Positions 10,785-20,632 of a stretch of 64,000 nucleotides of DNA are shown in pieces (the first letter of the stretch is position 1; the number at the start of each line of letters is the position of its first letter). This DNA comes from Methanomassiliicoccaceae archaeon (GTDB lineage: Archaea; Thermoplasmatota; Thermoplasmata; Methanomassiliicoccales; Methanomassiliicoccaceae), in NCBI GenBank assembly GCA_040776945.1, contig JAXGZN010000002.1:640001-704000 (forward strand), read 5' to 3'. The position numbers and the translations under genes were made by a program. The notes under the pieces are model-generated. The model was not told the DNA's origin. It made no database searches and saw only the letters and a list, made by a program, of their open reading frames with translations.

Positions 10785-10943
10785 CTCGTCACCTCTTGAC
10801 CTGTCAATTCCCAATGACTCACAACCCCTATAAAATGACATAGCAGAATATTCGCTAAAGAAAACAATGATTATTGAAAATTAAGGGGAAAAAGAGTGTA
10901 AAGAAAGGCAGAGGCCTATAGGCCTCCATTTAGGGCCGATGGT

Positions 10944-13064
10944 TCAGCCTATGATGTTGCGGTGGCGGTCCCTTAGCTCTCCCATCTTGCCCTTGTTCCA
11001 GCCCCTGGTCTTGGAGAAGAAGCCAGTAACGCGGGTGATGCCTTCGATGTCCGGGGACCCGCAGAACGTGCAGGCCTCATGGAGGCCCCTGGTGGTGCGT
11101 CCGCAGCTCAGGCAGGATGTGAACTCCGGCGAGAACGCGATCTGAGCGTTCTGAGTGTTCTGGAAGGTCTTGATGACGAAGGCCGCGATGCTCTCCGCCG
11201 GCGGCTTGGACTCCCCAAGCCAGACGTGAGTTAGCGAGCCTGCATCGATCAGGGGGTGGAACAGTCCTTCCTGCTTGACCCTCTCGATCGCCGAGATGTC
11301 CGCCCCGACGTTCAGGTAGGTCGAGTTGGTGTAATAGACCTCTCCAGAGGACTTGTTGCCCTTGATGACGGTGGCCGACTGCAGCGGATAGTACTTCATG
11401 TCCAGCTTGGCGAAGCGGTACGCGGTCGATTCGGCCGGTGTCTGCTCCAGAGGCATCTTGAGCCCGAACTCCTCGCCGATGCGCTCAGACTCGGTCTTCA
11501 TGTAGCTTATGACCTTAAGGCCGAACTTGAGGGCCTCCTTGGATTCATGCATCTCCTTTCCCGTATGGTATTGGACCAGCTCGTTGAGGCCGACCATTCC
11601 CACCAGGAATGAGGACTTGTTTATGCGATAGTAGGTCTCCCCATCCATGTTCATGGTCAGCAGGGACAGCGGACCATTCTTGCCCATGTTGAACAGCTGG
11701 GTGATGAACTCCCTCTTAAGGATGTGGGCCTGGGCCACCATCTCGATGCGCTTGGTCAGCAGCTCGAACAGCCGGGCATCGTTCTGATGGGCATCGTAGG
11801 CCACCCTCGGGAGGTTGATGGTAACGTTCTGCATGGCGCTGTAGCGCATCTTCCAAGGTGTCTTGGCGTCATCCAGATCGCTCTGTTCCAGCTTGAAGGT
11901 GAGGCGGCAGCACTCTGAAATCTTGGCGGTGCCGCCGCGGTCGAACACAAAGTAGGTGTTGCCCTTCTCGGAGGCGACCTTGCAGATCTTATTGAGGAAC
12001 TCCTCGTGACCCTCGGTCTTGAAGAACTTCTCGGTCATGTGCACGTTCGGCTTCGGGAAGAAGAACGGCCGCCCCATGGCGTCACCCTCGAGGTACACGT
12101 CGAAAAGCGCGTTGACGAACCTCTGCGCTTCCGGCAGGTAATCCTCATAGTTCTTACCGGTGAACTTGCCCTCCGGACCTATGGCCGGAACTCCCATGAA
12201 GTGGTCGGGGCATTCCCAGTACAGGTTAAGGTCGCTGAATATGGATTGCCCGCCACGAGCGACGGCCTGCTGCGCGAACTCGTATATCAGGATCTGGGCG
12301 ATCTGCTTCATCCTCTTGTCGTCCACGTCCACAAGGTAAGGGGCAAGGAACAGGTTGAAGGCGTCCCATCCAATGGCCCCGGAGAAGTGCCCTTGCAGGG
12401 CGGCGGAGAACTTTATTATCTGCTCTATCAGCACCTCGGGATGCCTTGCGGGCTTCGCTATTGAGAGCGCGTTGGGCAGATTGAGCCCGAACTTCTTCAC
12501 GTACTCGATGCTTTGTCCCGAGCAGTAAGGGCGGTCTACCATTCCTAGGTCGTGCAGATGAATATCGCCGCGCATATGCGCATCTGCAAGGTCCTGGGAA
12601 AAGACCTCGAGCAGGGCGAACTCCTTCTTGATGTTCTCTGCGAGCGTGAGATTGGTGGCCTCAGGACCGTGGGGGACGTTGGCGTTCTCCTTGTTCGGAG
12701 ACATGATGATCTGCCGGGCATCGTAGAGAGGGACCCCCAGGCGGGTGTGTTGTTTCCTTATCTTAGAAAGTCCGTACTCGACGAGCTTCGCGTTCGTAAG
12801 CTCCCTTATCAGGGGAGCGGTGATCATATCGATCTCAAGCTCCGAGATCATCTTCTCGACCTCGCGGGAGATGATCGCCGCGGCGTCCTCGCTGATCGTG
12901 GTCTCCCTTATCAGCGCATCATATATCTTGGAGCGGTCCCACTTCTTAAGCTCCTCGTCGGAAGTCCTGACGAATAAGGTCAGCTCGGTCGATTCCTTGT
13001 CACCGTATATGTCCGTGGCTCCCGCCATAGGATCAGATGCCTTCATGATATCACACTTACCCAT
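10944..13064 (-). CDS. nrdD: Anaerobic (class III) ribonucleoside-triphosphate reductase with N-terminal ATP cone
   Basis: ATP cone; GDIHLHDL, PYC, ECCRL, EQTPAES.AYRFA, YYTNS, CxxC...CxxC and glycyl-radical loop RVTGF. Confidence 0.95.
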   Translation of the reverse strand: MGKCDIMKASDPMAGATDIYGDKESTELTLFVRTSDEELKKWDRSKIYDALIRETTISEDAAAIISREVEKMISELEIDMITAPLIRELTNAKLVEYGLSKIRKQHTRLGVPLYDARQIIMSPNKENANVPHGPEATNLTLAENIKKEFALLEVFSQDLADAHMRGDIHLHDLGMVDRPYCSGQSIEYVKKFGLNLPNALSIAKPARHPEVLIEQIIKFSAALQGHFSGAIGWDAFNLFLAPYLVDVDDKRMKQIAQILIYEFAQQAVARGGQSIFSDLNLYWECPDHFMGVPAIGPEGKFTGKNYEDYLPEAQRFVNALFDVYLEGDAMGRPFFFPKPNVHMTEKFFKTEGHEEFLNKICKVASEKGNTYFVFDRGGTAKISECCRLTFKLEQSDLDDAKTPWKMRYSAMQNVTINLPRVAYDAHQNDARLFELLTKRIEMVAQAHILKREFITQLFNMGKNGPLSLLTMNMDGETYYRINKSSFLVGMVGLNELVQYHTGKEMHESKEALKFGLKVISYMKTESERIGEEFGLKMPLEQTPAESTAYRFAKLDMKYYPLQSATVIKGNKSSGEVYYTNSTYLNVGADISAIERVKQEGLFHPLIDAGSLTHVWLGESKPPAESIAAFVIKTFQNTQNAQIAFSPEFTSCLSCGRTTRGLHEACTFCGSPDIEGITRVTGFFSKTRGWNKGKMGELRDRHRNIIG

Positions 13065-13188
13065 CCCAGATAGACATTGGCTAGATGCAAGCTCTGCTAT
13101 CTAGCCTATGGTTTAAAGTAATTTTTGAACGCATTTTGGAGCAGAACTTGGTAATATTAAAACGCAAAAATGTCCATCGTTCAGAATG

Positions 13189-13210
13189 TTTGTTACCATA
13201 TCTGTTATCA
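13189..13210. promoter_or_regulatory. Putative operator upstream of nrdD
   Basis: TTTGTTACCATATCTGTTATCA, 19/22 identical to 13569-13590. Confidence 0.55.
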
Positions 13211-13559
13211 GAAGAAGCGTCCAGAGATAGACCATTAACAATGTTAAGCATAATTAAATGGCGTTAATGCGGTTCTCGATATTATTGTTCCTGATTATAG
13301 GAAAAGGTACTAAGGCCCCTTTCCCGCGAGATGCTGTTGAAAATTATTATGAGCGTTTTTATTCAATTTTTCCGAATGAACAAAATGGTGCATCGTTCCT
13401 CTTGATCTCACATAGCGACCTCCTTCCCTATATCTTGCGCTCAAGATAGCTCCCTGCCCCTTCCTCAATGTACTTCATCGTCGGAGGAGCGGGATGCAAC
13501 ATTGATCGCAAGAGGATGATCGTCTTTGGTGTGCCATGAAAAACGAACCAAGCTATTTA

Positions 13560-13590
13560 TTTATCATATTTGTTACCATATTGGTTACCA
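13560..13590. promoter_or_regulatory. Putative autoregulatory operator (three GTTAYCA-like units, 12-bp period)
   Basis: TTTATCAT/GTTACCAT/GTTACCA at 13560, 13572 and 13584, immediately before ATG 13592. Confidence 0.55.
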
Positions 13591-13591
13591 A

Positions 13592-14188
13592 ATGTTCAAT
13601 CCAGACAAGGCATTGAAGGACATTATCTTCGAAATTTTAAAAAACGACGGAAAATCCATCAGCGCGTTGTCACGAGAACTTGTGGAACGCGATATAAACA
13701 TACACCGACTTATCTTGACCGGCTATCTTCGGGCCTTGACCGACTGCAATTACCTTAAGGAGAAGGAGGTCCCGCCGGCAAAGGTATACGTGCCGGTCAA
13801 GGGCAGGGACAAGGATGTCTATGAGATGATTGGGGAATCCTGCCGAAAGCTGGAGAACGGGCAGGAGGCCGATCTGCTGATCCTCTTCAGTCTGAACAGG
13901 TTGTTCCGTCGTCCGGTGTTCTTCGAGGAGCTGAGGAGGGCAGGGGTGCGGGACATGCCCTCCTCGAAACAGGTAGGGGTCCAAGAGCGCCAGGAGGCCA
14001 GAAAGTTCGTTCAACGAGCAGGCATCAAGGTCGCCGACTTAAACTTGGTTTATCTTCACGAGGACCCCTCGCTTGTCCCGCGGTTCGAGGAGCTCCTTTC
14101 CATGATGCTCTCTGACCTCCTCTCGTTCTCAAGCCTCATCAGGGATACCAAACAGACCAAGCTGGACCTCACTCTGGCCGGGCCGTGA
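13592..14188 (+). CDS. Putative winged-HTH transcription regulator
   Basis: IFEILK..GKSISALSREL...IHRL.LTGYLRAL.D..YL.EK...PAKVY wHTH pattern; divergent from nrdD. Confidence 0.65.
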   Translation: MFNPDKALKDIIFEILKNDGKSISALSRELVERDINIHRLILTGYLRALTDCNYLKEKEVPPAKVYVPVKGRDKDVYEMIGESCRKLENGQEADLLILFSLNRLFRRPVFFEELRRAGVRDMPSSKQVGVQERQEARKFVQRAGIKVADLNLVYLHEDPSLVPRFEELLSMMLSDLLSFSSLIRDTKQTKLDLTLAGP

Positions 14189-14239
14189 GACCCTGGCGGT
14201 CCCGATAATCTATTTAATCTACCAGCCCATTGCAAGGCT

Positions 14240-15238
14240 ATGGACCTACAAGCGCTGGCAGATGGCATAAGGAACTACCCGGGCGTTACCCGGAAAAGGA
14301 CCATCTCCGAGGTCATCAGCTTCTTTCCGCTCATCCCCAACAATAACGTCCTGGCGGCCTATGGCGAAGATGCCGCGGTCATCAAGTTCAATGATGATGT
14401 CCTCCTGCTTGCAGCCGACGGGATCATGGAGTCCCTGATGAAGGTAGCTCCGTTCTATGCAGGCTACTATGCCGTGCTTGTGAACCTGAACGATATCTCG
14501 GCCATGGGAGGGATCCCGCTGGCCCTGGTCGACATAATCTCCATGAAGGACGAGAAGGTATGCGCCCAGGTGATGAGAGGGGTCGAGGAGGCAGTGGAGA
14601 AGTTCGGGGTCCCGATCGTAGGTGGACACACCCATCCTGATTGCGAGTACAACGCCATCGACGTCGCCGTTCTCGGCACCGCCCGGCAGGACAACGTCAT
14701 TTACTCACACACCGCTCAAGAGGGGGACGACATTGTCTTCGCTATGGACCTTGACGGCTTTTTCCCCAGCTCCCTGCCGTTCGCCTGGGATACCACGACC
14801 AAGAAGGACGCCGCTACCTGCCGGAGGCAGATGCTCATAATGAACGAGATCGGGAAGAGACGCCTGGCCCGATCGGGAAAGGACATCAGCAACCCTGGCA
14901 GCATCGGCACCCTGGGCATGCTGCTGGAAACCAGCGGAAAGGGCGGGACCGTGGACATCGGGGCCATCCCTCGGCCGGACAACGTCGATCTATCGCAGTG
15001 GATAAAGGCCTATCAAGGCTGCGGCTTCGCCCTTACCTGCGATCCCAGCCATTCACTGGCGATCGAGCAGCTGTTCGCCACCGTCGGGGTCACCGCGGCG
15101 GTGGTTGGCCGCGTCGACGGCACCCGGCGCCTCACCATCAGAGAGGGGAAGGATAGCGTGGTCGTGTTCGACTTTGCATCCGATAAGATAACCGGTTGCG
15201 ATCCGAGCAGGGTGCCCGCTAGAGGAAAGAAGCGCTAG
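14240..15238 (+). CDS. Methanogenesis marker 2 protein (AIR synthase/PurM-like)
   Basis: GVTRK, GEDAAVI, VN.NDI.AMGG.P, GGHTHPD and KDISNPG..GTLGMLLETS motifs. Confidence 0.85.
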   Translation: MDLQALADGIRNYPGVTRKRTISEVISFFPLIPNNNVLAAYGEDAAVIKFNDDVLLLAADGIMESLMKVAPFYAGYYAVLVNLNDISAMGGIPLALVDIISMKDEKVCAQVMRGVEEAVEKFGVPIVGGHTHPDCEYNAIDVAVLGTARQDNVIYSHTAQEGDDIVFAMDLDGFFPSSLPFAWDTTTKKDAATCRRQMLIMNEIGKRRLARSGKDISNPGSIGTLGMLLETSGKGGTVDIGAIPRPDNVDLSQWIKAYQGCGFALTCDPSHSLAIEQLFATVGVTAAVVGRVDGTRRLTIREGKDSVVVFDFASDKITGCDPSRVPARGKKR

Positions 15239-15543
15239 GCCACGAGGGTAGCCGCTCGGATCGGCGCGAGTGATCCTGCCAGCTTCTCAGCCCCGCTCCC
15301 CTTTGAGCGTTAGTAGTCCACGGTAAGGCTGCTCCCGTCAGGGCCTGACCCGTTCTCCATGACTATGACCGGGCATGCGACCCTCCGATCGCACCTCCCG
15401 GCCGCCTCCAACCCCATAGGACAGGGCCTCATTGTTGTTGTCAGGGCCCGCGCCTTTCCGGTTACGGCGTCCCCCGCTGTCACCCCCGCTGTCGACGTCT
15501 GCGGTGTAAAAGGGCGTGCCGAACGTCCCGGTCGAGCCTAGCC
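15234..15543 (-). ncRNA. ffs: Archaeal signal recognition particle (7S) RNA
   Basis: About 310 nt; 5' GCUAGGC pairs with 3' GCCUAGC (helix 1); helix-8 GGUCAGGCCC-UGAC-GGGAGCAGCC; AT-rich promoter near 15565. Confidence 0.9.
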
Positions 15544-15649
15544 ATCCTCCTAAGATGATGGACCTATTTATTATTTCCTAACATCTGGATGGTCCTTGAG
15601 CATACTGGATGGACAAACTCCCGCCTCGCGGGCCTCTTCCCTCTCGGCA

Positions 15650-15931
15650 TCAGAACCTCTTTGGAGAGGTCCGCTCCCCTCCACGGGTGCAGTAGTGATG
15701 CCCTCGGAACCCAAGCTCGGAATGGACCGGGCACTTCCCGCATATGCACTTCAGCTCCCTGGTCACGCAGTCCGGGGAACGGCCGTAGAAGCAGAACAGC
15801 TTCTCCTCCCTCTCCTTGGCGCACTCGGTGTAGGTAGGGCACTTCGGGCAGGGGCACTTCGATCTCATGGCCGCTATCTCGGCCTTGCGCTTGTCGGGGG
15901 TCATCCGGTTCAGCTCATCAAGGCTGGGCAT
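15650..15931 (-). CDS. DUF2769-like Cys-rich protein
   Basis: CPCPKCPTY..C....EKLFC..G.S..C....CIC..CPV.......YC..G. Confidence 0.75.
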   Translation of the reverse strand: MPSLDELNRMTPDKRKAEIAAMRSKCPCPKCPTYTECAKEREEKLFCFYGRSPDCVTRELKCICGKCPVHSELGFRGHHYCTRGGERTSPKRF

Positions 15932-16046
15932 GTTCGATATGAACGCTTGCCAACGATATCAATCATTGCGACATCGGCATCGATCACGGCCTAACGCGCT
16001 CATGATGGGATTATTATGAAGGCCCGTCCAAGCACGTTCAAGGGCG

Positions 16047-16349
16047 CTACCGTCCGCCCTTCCGGACCTCCGACTCAGTGCCCTTGGTGCAGTAGTAGAG
16101 ATGGCCAAGCCCTGCCCTGTTGGCCACCGGGCAGTCCATCAGGCAGAAGCACCCAAGGTCCTCGGAGGTGATGCATTCCTTGCTCCGCCCTAGGAAGCAG
16201 TACAACAGCTCTCCCGCCGCCTCGGCACAATTGTTGTATGTCGGGCAGTCCGGGCATATGCACTCCGAGCTGAGATCCTTGACCGCCTTCTCCCTCTCCG
16301 CTCCGGTCTTGGAGTCCAGATCGCTCTGCATCTTCTCGTAGGCGTCCAC
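16047..16349 (-). CDS. DUF2769-like Cys-rich protein (tandem paralog)
   Basis: CICPDCPTYNNC...LLYC..G.S..C....CFC..CPV......YYC..G. Confidence 0.75.
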   Translation of the reverse strand: MDAYEKMQSDLDSKTGAEREKAVKDLSSECICPDCPTYNNCAEAAGELLYCFLGRSKECITSEDLGCFCLMDCPVANRAGLGHLYYCTKGTESEVRKGGR

Positions 16350-16458
16350 TCGATCACCTGTGAATTATCCGAGGGCGGTACTATTTAGGGATGACGGGAC
16401 CGGTGCCTCAAGGACATCCGCTGCCTTTTTCACTCCGCTAATGCAATATTGATAGCAT

Positions 16459-17337
16459 ATGGTCGTCGGAGGAAAGCCCGAGTGGCTAAAGATCAGGGCT
16501 CCCACGGGAGACGGCTTTACCAGGTTGAGGGACCTGGCGACGAGGAGCGGCATAAATACCGTCTGCGATTCGTCCCACTGCCCCAATATTTCTGAATGCT
16601 GGTCACGGGGCCATCTGACGTTCATGGTCCTCGGCCGGACATGCACCAGGGCCTGTTCCTTCTGCGCAGTGGAACACGGCGTCCCTGAGAACGTCGATCC
16701 CCTGGAGCCGGAGCGCATAGGGGCCGCGGTCAGGGAACTGGGCCTAAGCCATGCGGTGGTCACCTCGGTGACCCGGGACGATCTTCCGGACCAAGGGTCC
16801 CAGCATTTCCGAGACGTTACGGAGGCCATCCGGCGCCTTAGCCCTGGAACCACCATCGAACTGCTGGTCCCGGACATGCGGTCATCGAAGAAGGACCTCC
16901 GGGTAGTGGCCGAGGCCCGGCCTGAGGTGCTGAGCCATAACATAGAGACGGTGGAGCGGCTGCAGCGGATAAGGGACCGCCGGTGCAGCTACCGCACCTC
17001 GCTCGAAACGCTGTCGTTCTTGAGGAGAGCGGCCCCCGGCGCGGTGATAAAGAGCTCGCTGATGCTGGGTGTCGGGGAGACCCCGGAAGAGGTGTTGATG
17101 ACCCTGCGGGACCTCCGGGACGCGGGGGTGGGGGCGGTAACGATGGGGCAGTACCTGAGGCCCCGGGGCGGCACCCTCCAGGTGGCCGAGTACGTCAGAC
17201 CCGAGGTCTTCTCCGAGCTGGGGGAGGCCGCGAGGTCCCTGGGGTTCGAGCACGTGGCATCGGCGCCCCTGGTCCGTTCATCATATAAGGCCAAGGAAGC
17301 ATTATCGGGCAGGAGGAACCACCATGCTGACCGATGA
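16459..17337 (+). CDS. lipA: Lipoyl synthase
   Basis: KP.WLK, CxxxxCPNxxECW, CTRACSFC, HNIETV, KSSLMLG.GE and LVRSSY motifs. Confidence 0.95.
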   Translation: MVVGGKPEWLKIRAPTGDGFTRLRDLATRSGINTVCDSSHCPNISECWSRGHLTFMVLGRTCTRACSFCAVEHGVPENVDPLEPERIGAAVRELGLSHAVVTSVTRDDLPDQGSQHFRDVTEAIRRLSPGTTIELLVPDMRSSKKDLRVVAEARPEVLSHNIETVERLQRIRDRRCSYRTSLETLSFLRRAAPGAVIKSSLMLGVGETPEEVLMTLRDLRDAGVGAVTMGQYLRPRGGTLQVAEYVRPEVFSELGEAARSLGFEHVASAPLVRSSYKAKEALSGRRNHHADR

Positions 17338-18412
17338 CTACGACCCTCACCGGGGAAGGATGCTGAAGGTGCTCGACCAGAACGGGAAAGTAGTGGAGAA
17401 GGCCCTCGAGCCGAAGCTCGACGATTCGGTGCTGGAGAGAGCATACCGCACCATGGTGCTCTCCAGAGCGGCGGACGAGAAGGCGGTCATCCTCCAGCGG
17501 CAGGGCCGCCTGGGAGCGTATCCGCCCAATCACGGCCAGGAGGCGGCGTCCATGGGCCCGGCGATGGCGCTGGAGGAAGGGGATTGGCTCGTATGGGCGT
17601 TCCGTGAGCTGGCAGGACTGCTGTGGAAGGGCCTTCCTCTGCTGAACTATTATCTATATTGGATGGGGAACGAGGAGGGTAGCCGCTACCCGCCAGGGCT
17701 TAACATCACTCCGGCCTCGATACCGGTGGCGTCCCAGATGCCCATCTCGGTCGGCATCGCCTACGCCTCGGCGCTGCGCTCGGAGAACAGGGTCACCCTG
17801 GCCTTTTGCGGCGACGGGGGGACATCAGAGGGCGATTTCCACGAGGCCATGAACGTTTCAGGCGTTCTCCGCACGCCCAATGTGTTCGTGGTCCAGAACA
17901 ACCAATGGGCCATTTCCGTTCCCAGGAGCAGGCAGACCGCAGCGCCCACGATCGCCCAGAAGGCCTGCGCCTATGGCCTCAAGGGCATCCAGGTGGATGG
18001 GAACGACCTGTTGGCCATGTATATCGCTACCAAGGAGGCGGCGGAGCGCGCGAGGAGAGGCGAGGGCCCAACGCTGATCGAGGCGTACACCTATCGGATG
18101 GGGAACCACACCACCTCGGACGACGCGAGGAAATACCGCCTGGAGAGCGAAGCGAAGGGATGGGAGCTGCGGGACCCCATCTCCCGGCTCAAGGCGTACC
18201 TGATCTCCCGCGGATCGCTGGACGATGACCGGGAGAAGCAGGTTTGGAGCGATGCAAGAGAGGCCGTGGAGAAGGCGGTGGCAGAGGCGGAAGGCTTCCC
18301 GCCACCGGCCCTGGAGGACGTTTTCCAATACACCTACGCGGAGATGCCTTCGGAGCTGAAGACGGAGATGGACAGGCTGCGTGCCGAGCTGAGGGACGGT
18401 GATAAGGGATGA
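17324..18412 (+). CDS. pdhA: 2-oxoacid (pyruvate-type) dehydrogenase E1 alpha
   Basis: QRQGR.G, GQEA, TPP motif GDG..SEGDF...QNN, YR...HTTSDD. Confidence 0.92.
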   Translation: MLTDDYDPHRGRMLKVLDQNGKVVEKALEPKLDDSVLERAYRTMVLSRAADEKAVILQRQGRLGAYPPNHGQEAASMGPAMALEEGDWLVWAFRELAGLLWKGLPLLNYYLYWMGNEEGSRYPPGLNITPASIPVASQMPISVGIAYASALRSENRVTLAFCGDGGTSEGDFHEAMNVSGVLRTPNVFVVQNNQWAISVPRSRQTAAPTIAQKACAYGLKGIQVDGNDLLAMYIATKEAAERARRGEGPTLIEAYTYRMGNHTTSDDARKYRLESEAKGWELRDPISRLKAYLISRGSLDDDREKQVWSDAREAVEKAVAEAEGFPPPALEDVFQYTYAEMPSELKTEMDRLRAELRDGDKG

Positions 18413-19386
18413 GCGAGATGAACATGGTCTCCGCCCTGAACTCAGCCCTGGCAAACCTGATGGAGGAGGACCCATCGGTCGTGTTGCTGGGAGAGGACGT
18501 GGGGAAGGACGGCGGGGTGTTCCGCGTGACCGAGGGACTGTTCGACCGCTTCGGCGGGAACAGGGTCATCGATACGCCGCTCGCTGAGGCGGCCATCGCC
18601 GGCATGGCGATCGGGATGGCCCTCAACGGCCTCAGGCCGGTGGCGGAGATACAGTTCATGGGTTTCTCCTACCTCACGCTCAACCAGATGATATCCCATG
18701 CTTCCAGGCTCCGGAACCGTTCCCGGGGAAGGTTCACCGTGCCCATGGTCATGCGGACCCCGTACGGCGCCGGCGTCAAGGCCTTGGAGCACCACTCCGA
18801 GAGCACCGAGTCTCTGTACGTTCAGATACCAGGGCTGAAGGTGGTGGTGCCTTCCTCCCCGAGAGAGGCCAAGGGATTGCTCATCTCCGCGGTGCGGGAC
18901 CCTGACCCCGTGGTGTTCCTCGAACCCACCCGTTCCTACCGGCTGTTCAAGGAGGAGGTTGAGGGCACCTCGTTCTCCATCCCCCTGGGACGCGCCAGAA
19001 CGGTGCAGCCGGGCAGCGACGTGACGGTCGTGGGCTGGGGCGCGATGATGCCGCTCATCGCGAAGGCGGCGGAGGCCGCCGGCTCAGAGGGGATAAGCTG
19101 CGAGGTGATCGACCTGAGGACGCTCTCGCCTATGGACAGCGCCGCGGTGGTGAACTCTGTGCGCAGGACCGGGCGCTGCGTCATCGTCCAAGAGGCCCCC
19201 AGGACCTGCGGCGTGGCGGCGGAGCTGATCGCCCGGATCAACGAGGAGGCCCTTCTCTCCCTCGAGGCGCCGGTGGTGCGGGTCACCGCCCCGGACATCG
19301 TGGTGCCGCTCCCCCAGGGAGAGCATTATTATTATCTCAACGCGAACAGGATATACGACGCGGTGAAGAGGGTCGCGGCGTTCTAG
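18409..19386 (+). CDS. pdhB: 2-oxoacid dehydrogenase E1 beta
   Basis: GEDVG..GGVFR.T, DTPLAE, EIQF, HHSES and IDLRTL.P.D motifs. Confidence 0.95.
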   Translation: MSEMNMVSALNSALANLMEEDPSVVLLGEDVGKDGGVFRVTEGLFDRFGGNRVIDTPLAEAAIAGMAIGMALNGLRPVAEIQFMGFSYLTLNQMISHASRLRNRSRGRFTVPMVMRTPYGAGVKALEHHSESTESLYVQIPGLKVVVPSSPREAKGLLISAVRDPDPVVFLEPTRSYRLFKEEVEGTSFSIPLGRARTVQPGSDVTVVGWGAMMPLIAKAAEAAGSEGISCEVIDLRTLSPMDSAAVVNSVRRTGRCVIVQEAPRTCGVAAELIARINEEALLSLEAPVVRVTAPDIVVPLPQGEHYYYLNANRIYDAVKRVAAF

Positions 19387-19396
19387 GTGATGAAAG

Positions 19397-20632
19397 ATGG
19401 CGAAGGAGTTCAAGTTCCCTGACCTCGGAGAAGGTGTTACCGAGGGCGAGATCAAGAAGTGGCTGATAAAGGTCGGAGACACGGTCACGAAGGACCAATC
19501 GATCGCCGAGGTGGAGACCGACAAGGCGGTAGTGGAGATGCCCTCGCCATATTCAGGCAAGGTCTTGAAGCTGAACCATCCGGAGGGCGGCATAGTGAAT
19601 GTCGGCGAGGTGCTGGCGGTGATCGGCGAAGAGGATGCAATGGAGGAGCAGGCCGAGCCTCCGCCGTCAACGTCGGTGGTCGGCGAGCTCCCGGAGGCGG
19701 AGACCGAGGTGGTCACCGCCCGGACGTCCGCCGGACCGCCGATCCAGGCCGTTCCCGCCGTTCGAAAACTGGCCAGGGACCTCGGCGTCGACATCGCCGG
19801 CGTGAAGGGCACTGGCCCTGAGGGCAGGATCACCGAGGAGGATGTCCGCAAGGCCGCCGCGCCGGCCGCGAAAGGGGCGGCGCCGGGGTCCGCGGAACCG
19901 AGGATGAGGGCCAAGTTCGACATCTACGGCCGGATCGAGGCGAGGCCCCTCCGAGGGGTCAGGCGTTCGACCGCAAGGCACATGATGGAAGCAAGGTCCA
20001 GCGCCGCTCTCGTCACCACCATGGAGATCGCTGACGTGACCGATCTGGTCGCCCTCAGGAACAAGGTGAACGCCTACGCCCAGGGGTCCAAGGGATTGAA
20101 GCTTACCTTCCTGCCGTTCATCATGAAGGCCGTCATAGCGAGCCTGAGGAAGCACCCCTACATGAACTCCTCCATGGACGAGGAGGCCGAAGAGATAATC
20201 ATCAAGGACTATTACAATCTGGGAATAGCGGTGGCAACCGAGGACGGTCTCCTGGTCCCGGTGGTCAAGGCTGCCGACCAGAAGAGCATCTTCGAACTGG
20301 GCAAAGAGATCAAGGAGCTCGCGGAGGCGGCACAGAGCCGGAAGATCGACCTCGCCGACCTGAAGGGTGGAACGTTCTCCATCACCAACTATGGGGTCTT
20401 CGGAGGGACCTATGCCACTCCCATACCCAACTACCCGGAGGCGGCGATCCTCGGCTTGGGCCGCATTCAGGACGCGCCGATGGTCCACGAGGGAGCGGTG
20501 GTGCCTCGCAAGGTGCTGCACCTGTCCCTGACGTTCGACCACCGGATCATGGACGGGGCGCAGGCGGCCACCTTCCTCACCGACCTGAGGGACTTTCTAG
20601 AACGGCCCGAGCTGATGCTGCTGGACCTCTAG
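19397..20632 (+). CDS. pdhC: Dihydrolipoamide acyltransferase E2
   Basis: Lipoyl domain ETDKA, E3/E1-binding P.VRKLA, catalytic DHRIMDG. Confidence 0.95.
   Translation: MAKEFKFPDLGEGVTEGEIKKWLIKVGDTVTKDQSIAEVETDKAVVEMPSPYSGKVLKLNHPEGGIVNVGEVLAVIGEEDAMEEQAEPPPSTSVVGELPEAETEVVTARTSAGPPIQAVPAVRKLARDLGVDIAGVKGTGPEGRITEEDVRKAAAPAAKGAAPGSAEPRMRAKFDIYGRIEARPLRGVRRSTARHMMEARSSAALVTTMEIADVTDLVALRNKVNAYAQGSKGLKLTFLPFIMKAVIASLRKHPYMNSSMDEEAEEIIIKDYYNLGIAVATEDGLLVPVVKAADQKSIFELGKEIKELAEAAQSRKIDLADLKGGTFSITNYGVFGGTYATPIPNYPEAAILGLGRIQDAPMVHEGAVVPRKVLHLSLTFDHRIMDGAQAATFLTDLRDFLERPELMLLDL

Noticed and set aside
15359-15541. 60-aa ORF in the track
   Set aside because: Antisense to the SRP RNA; spurious.
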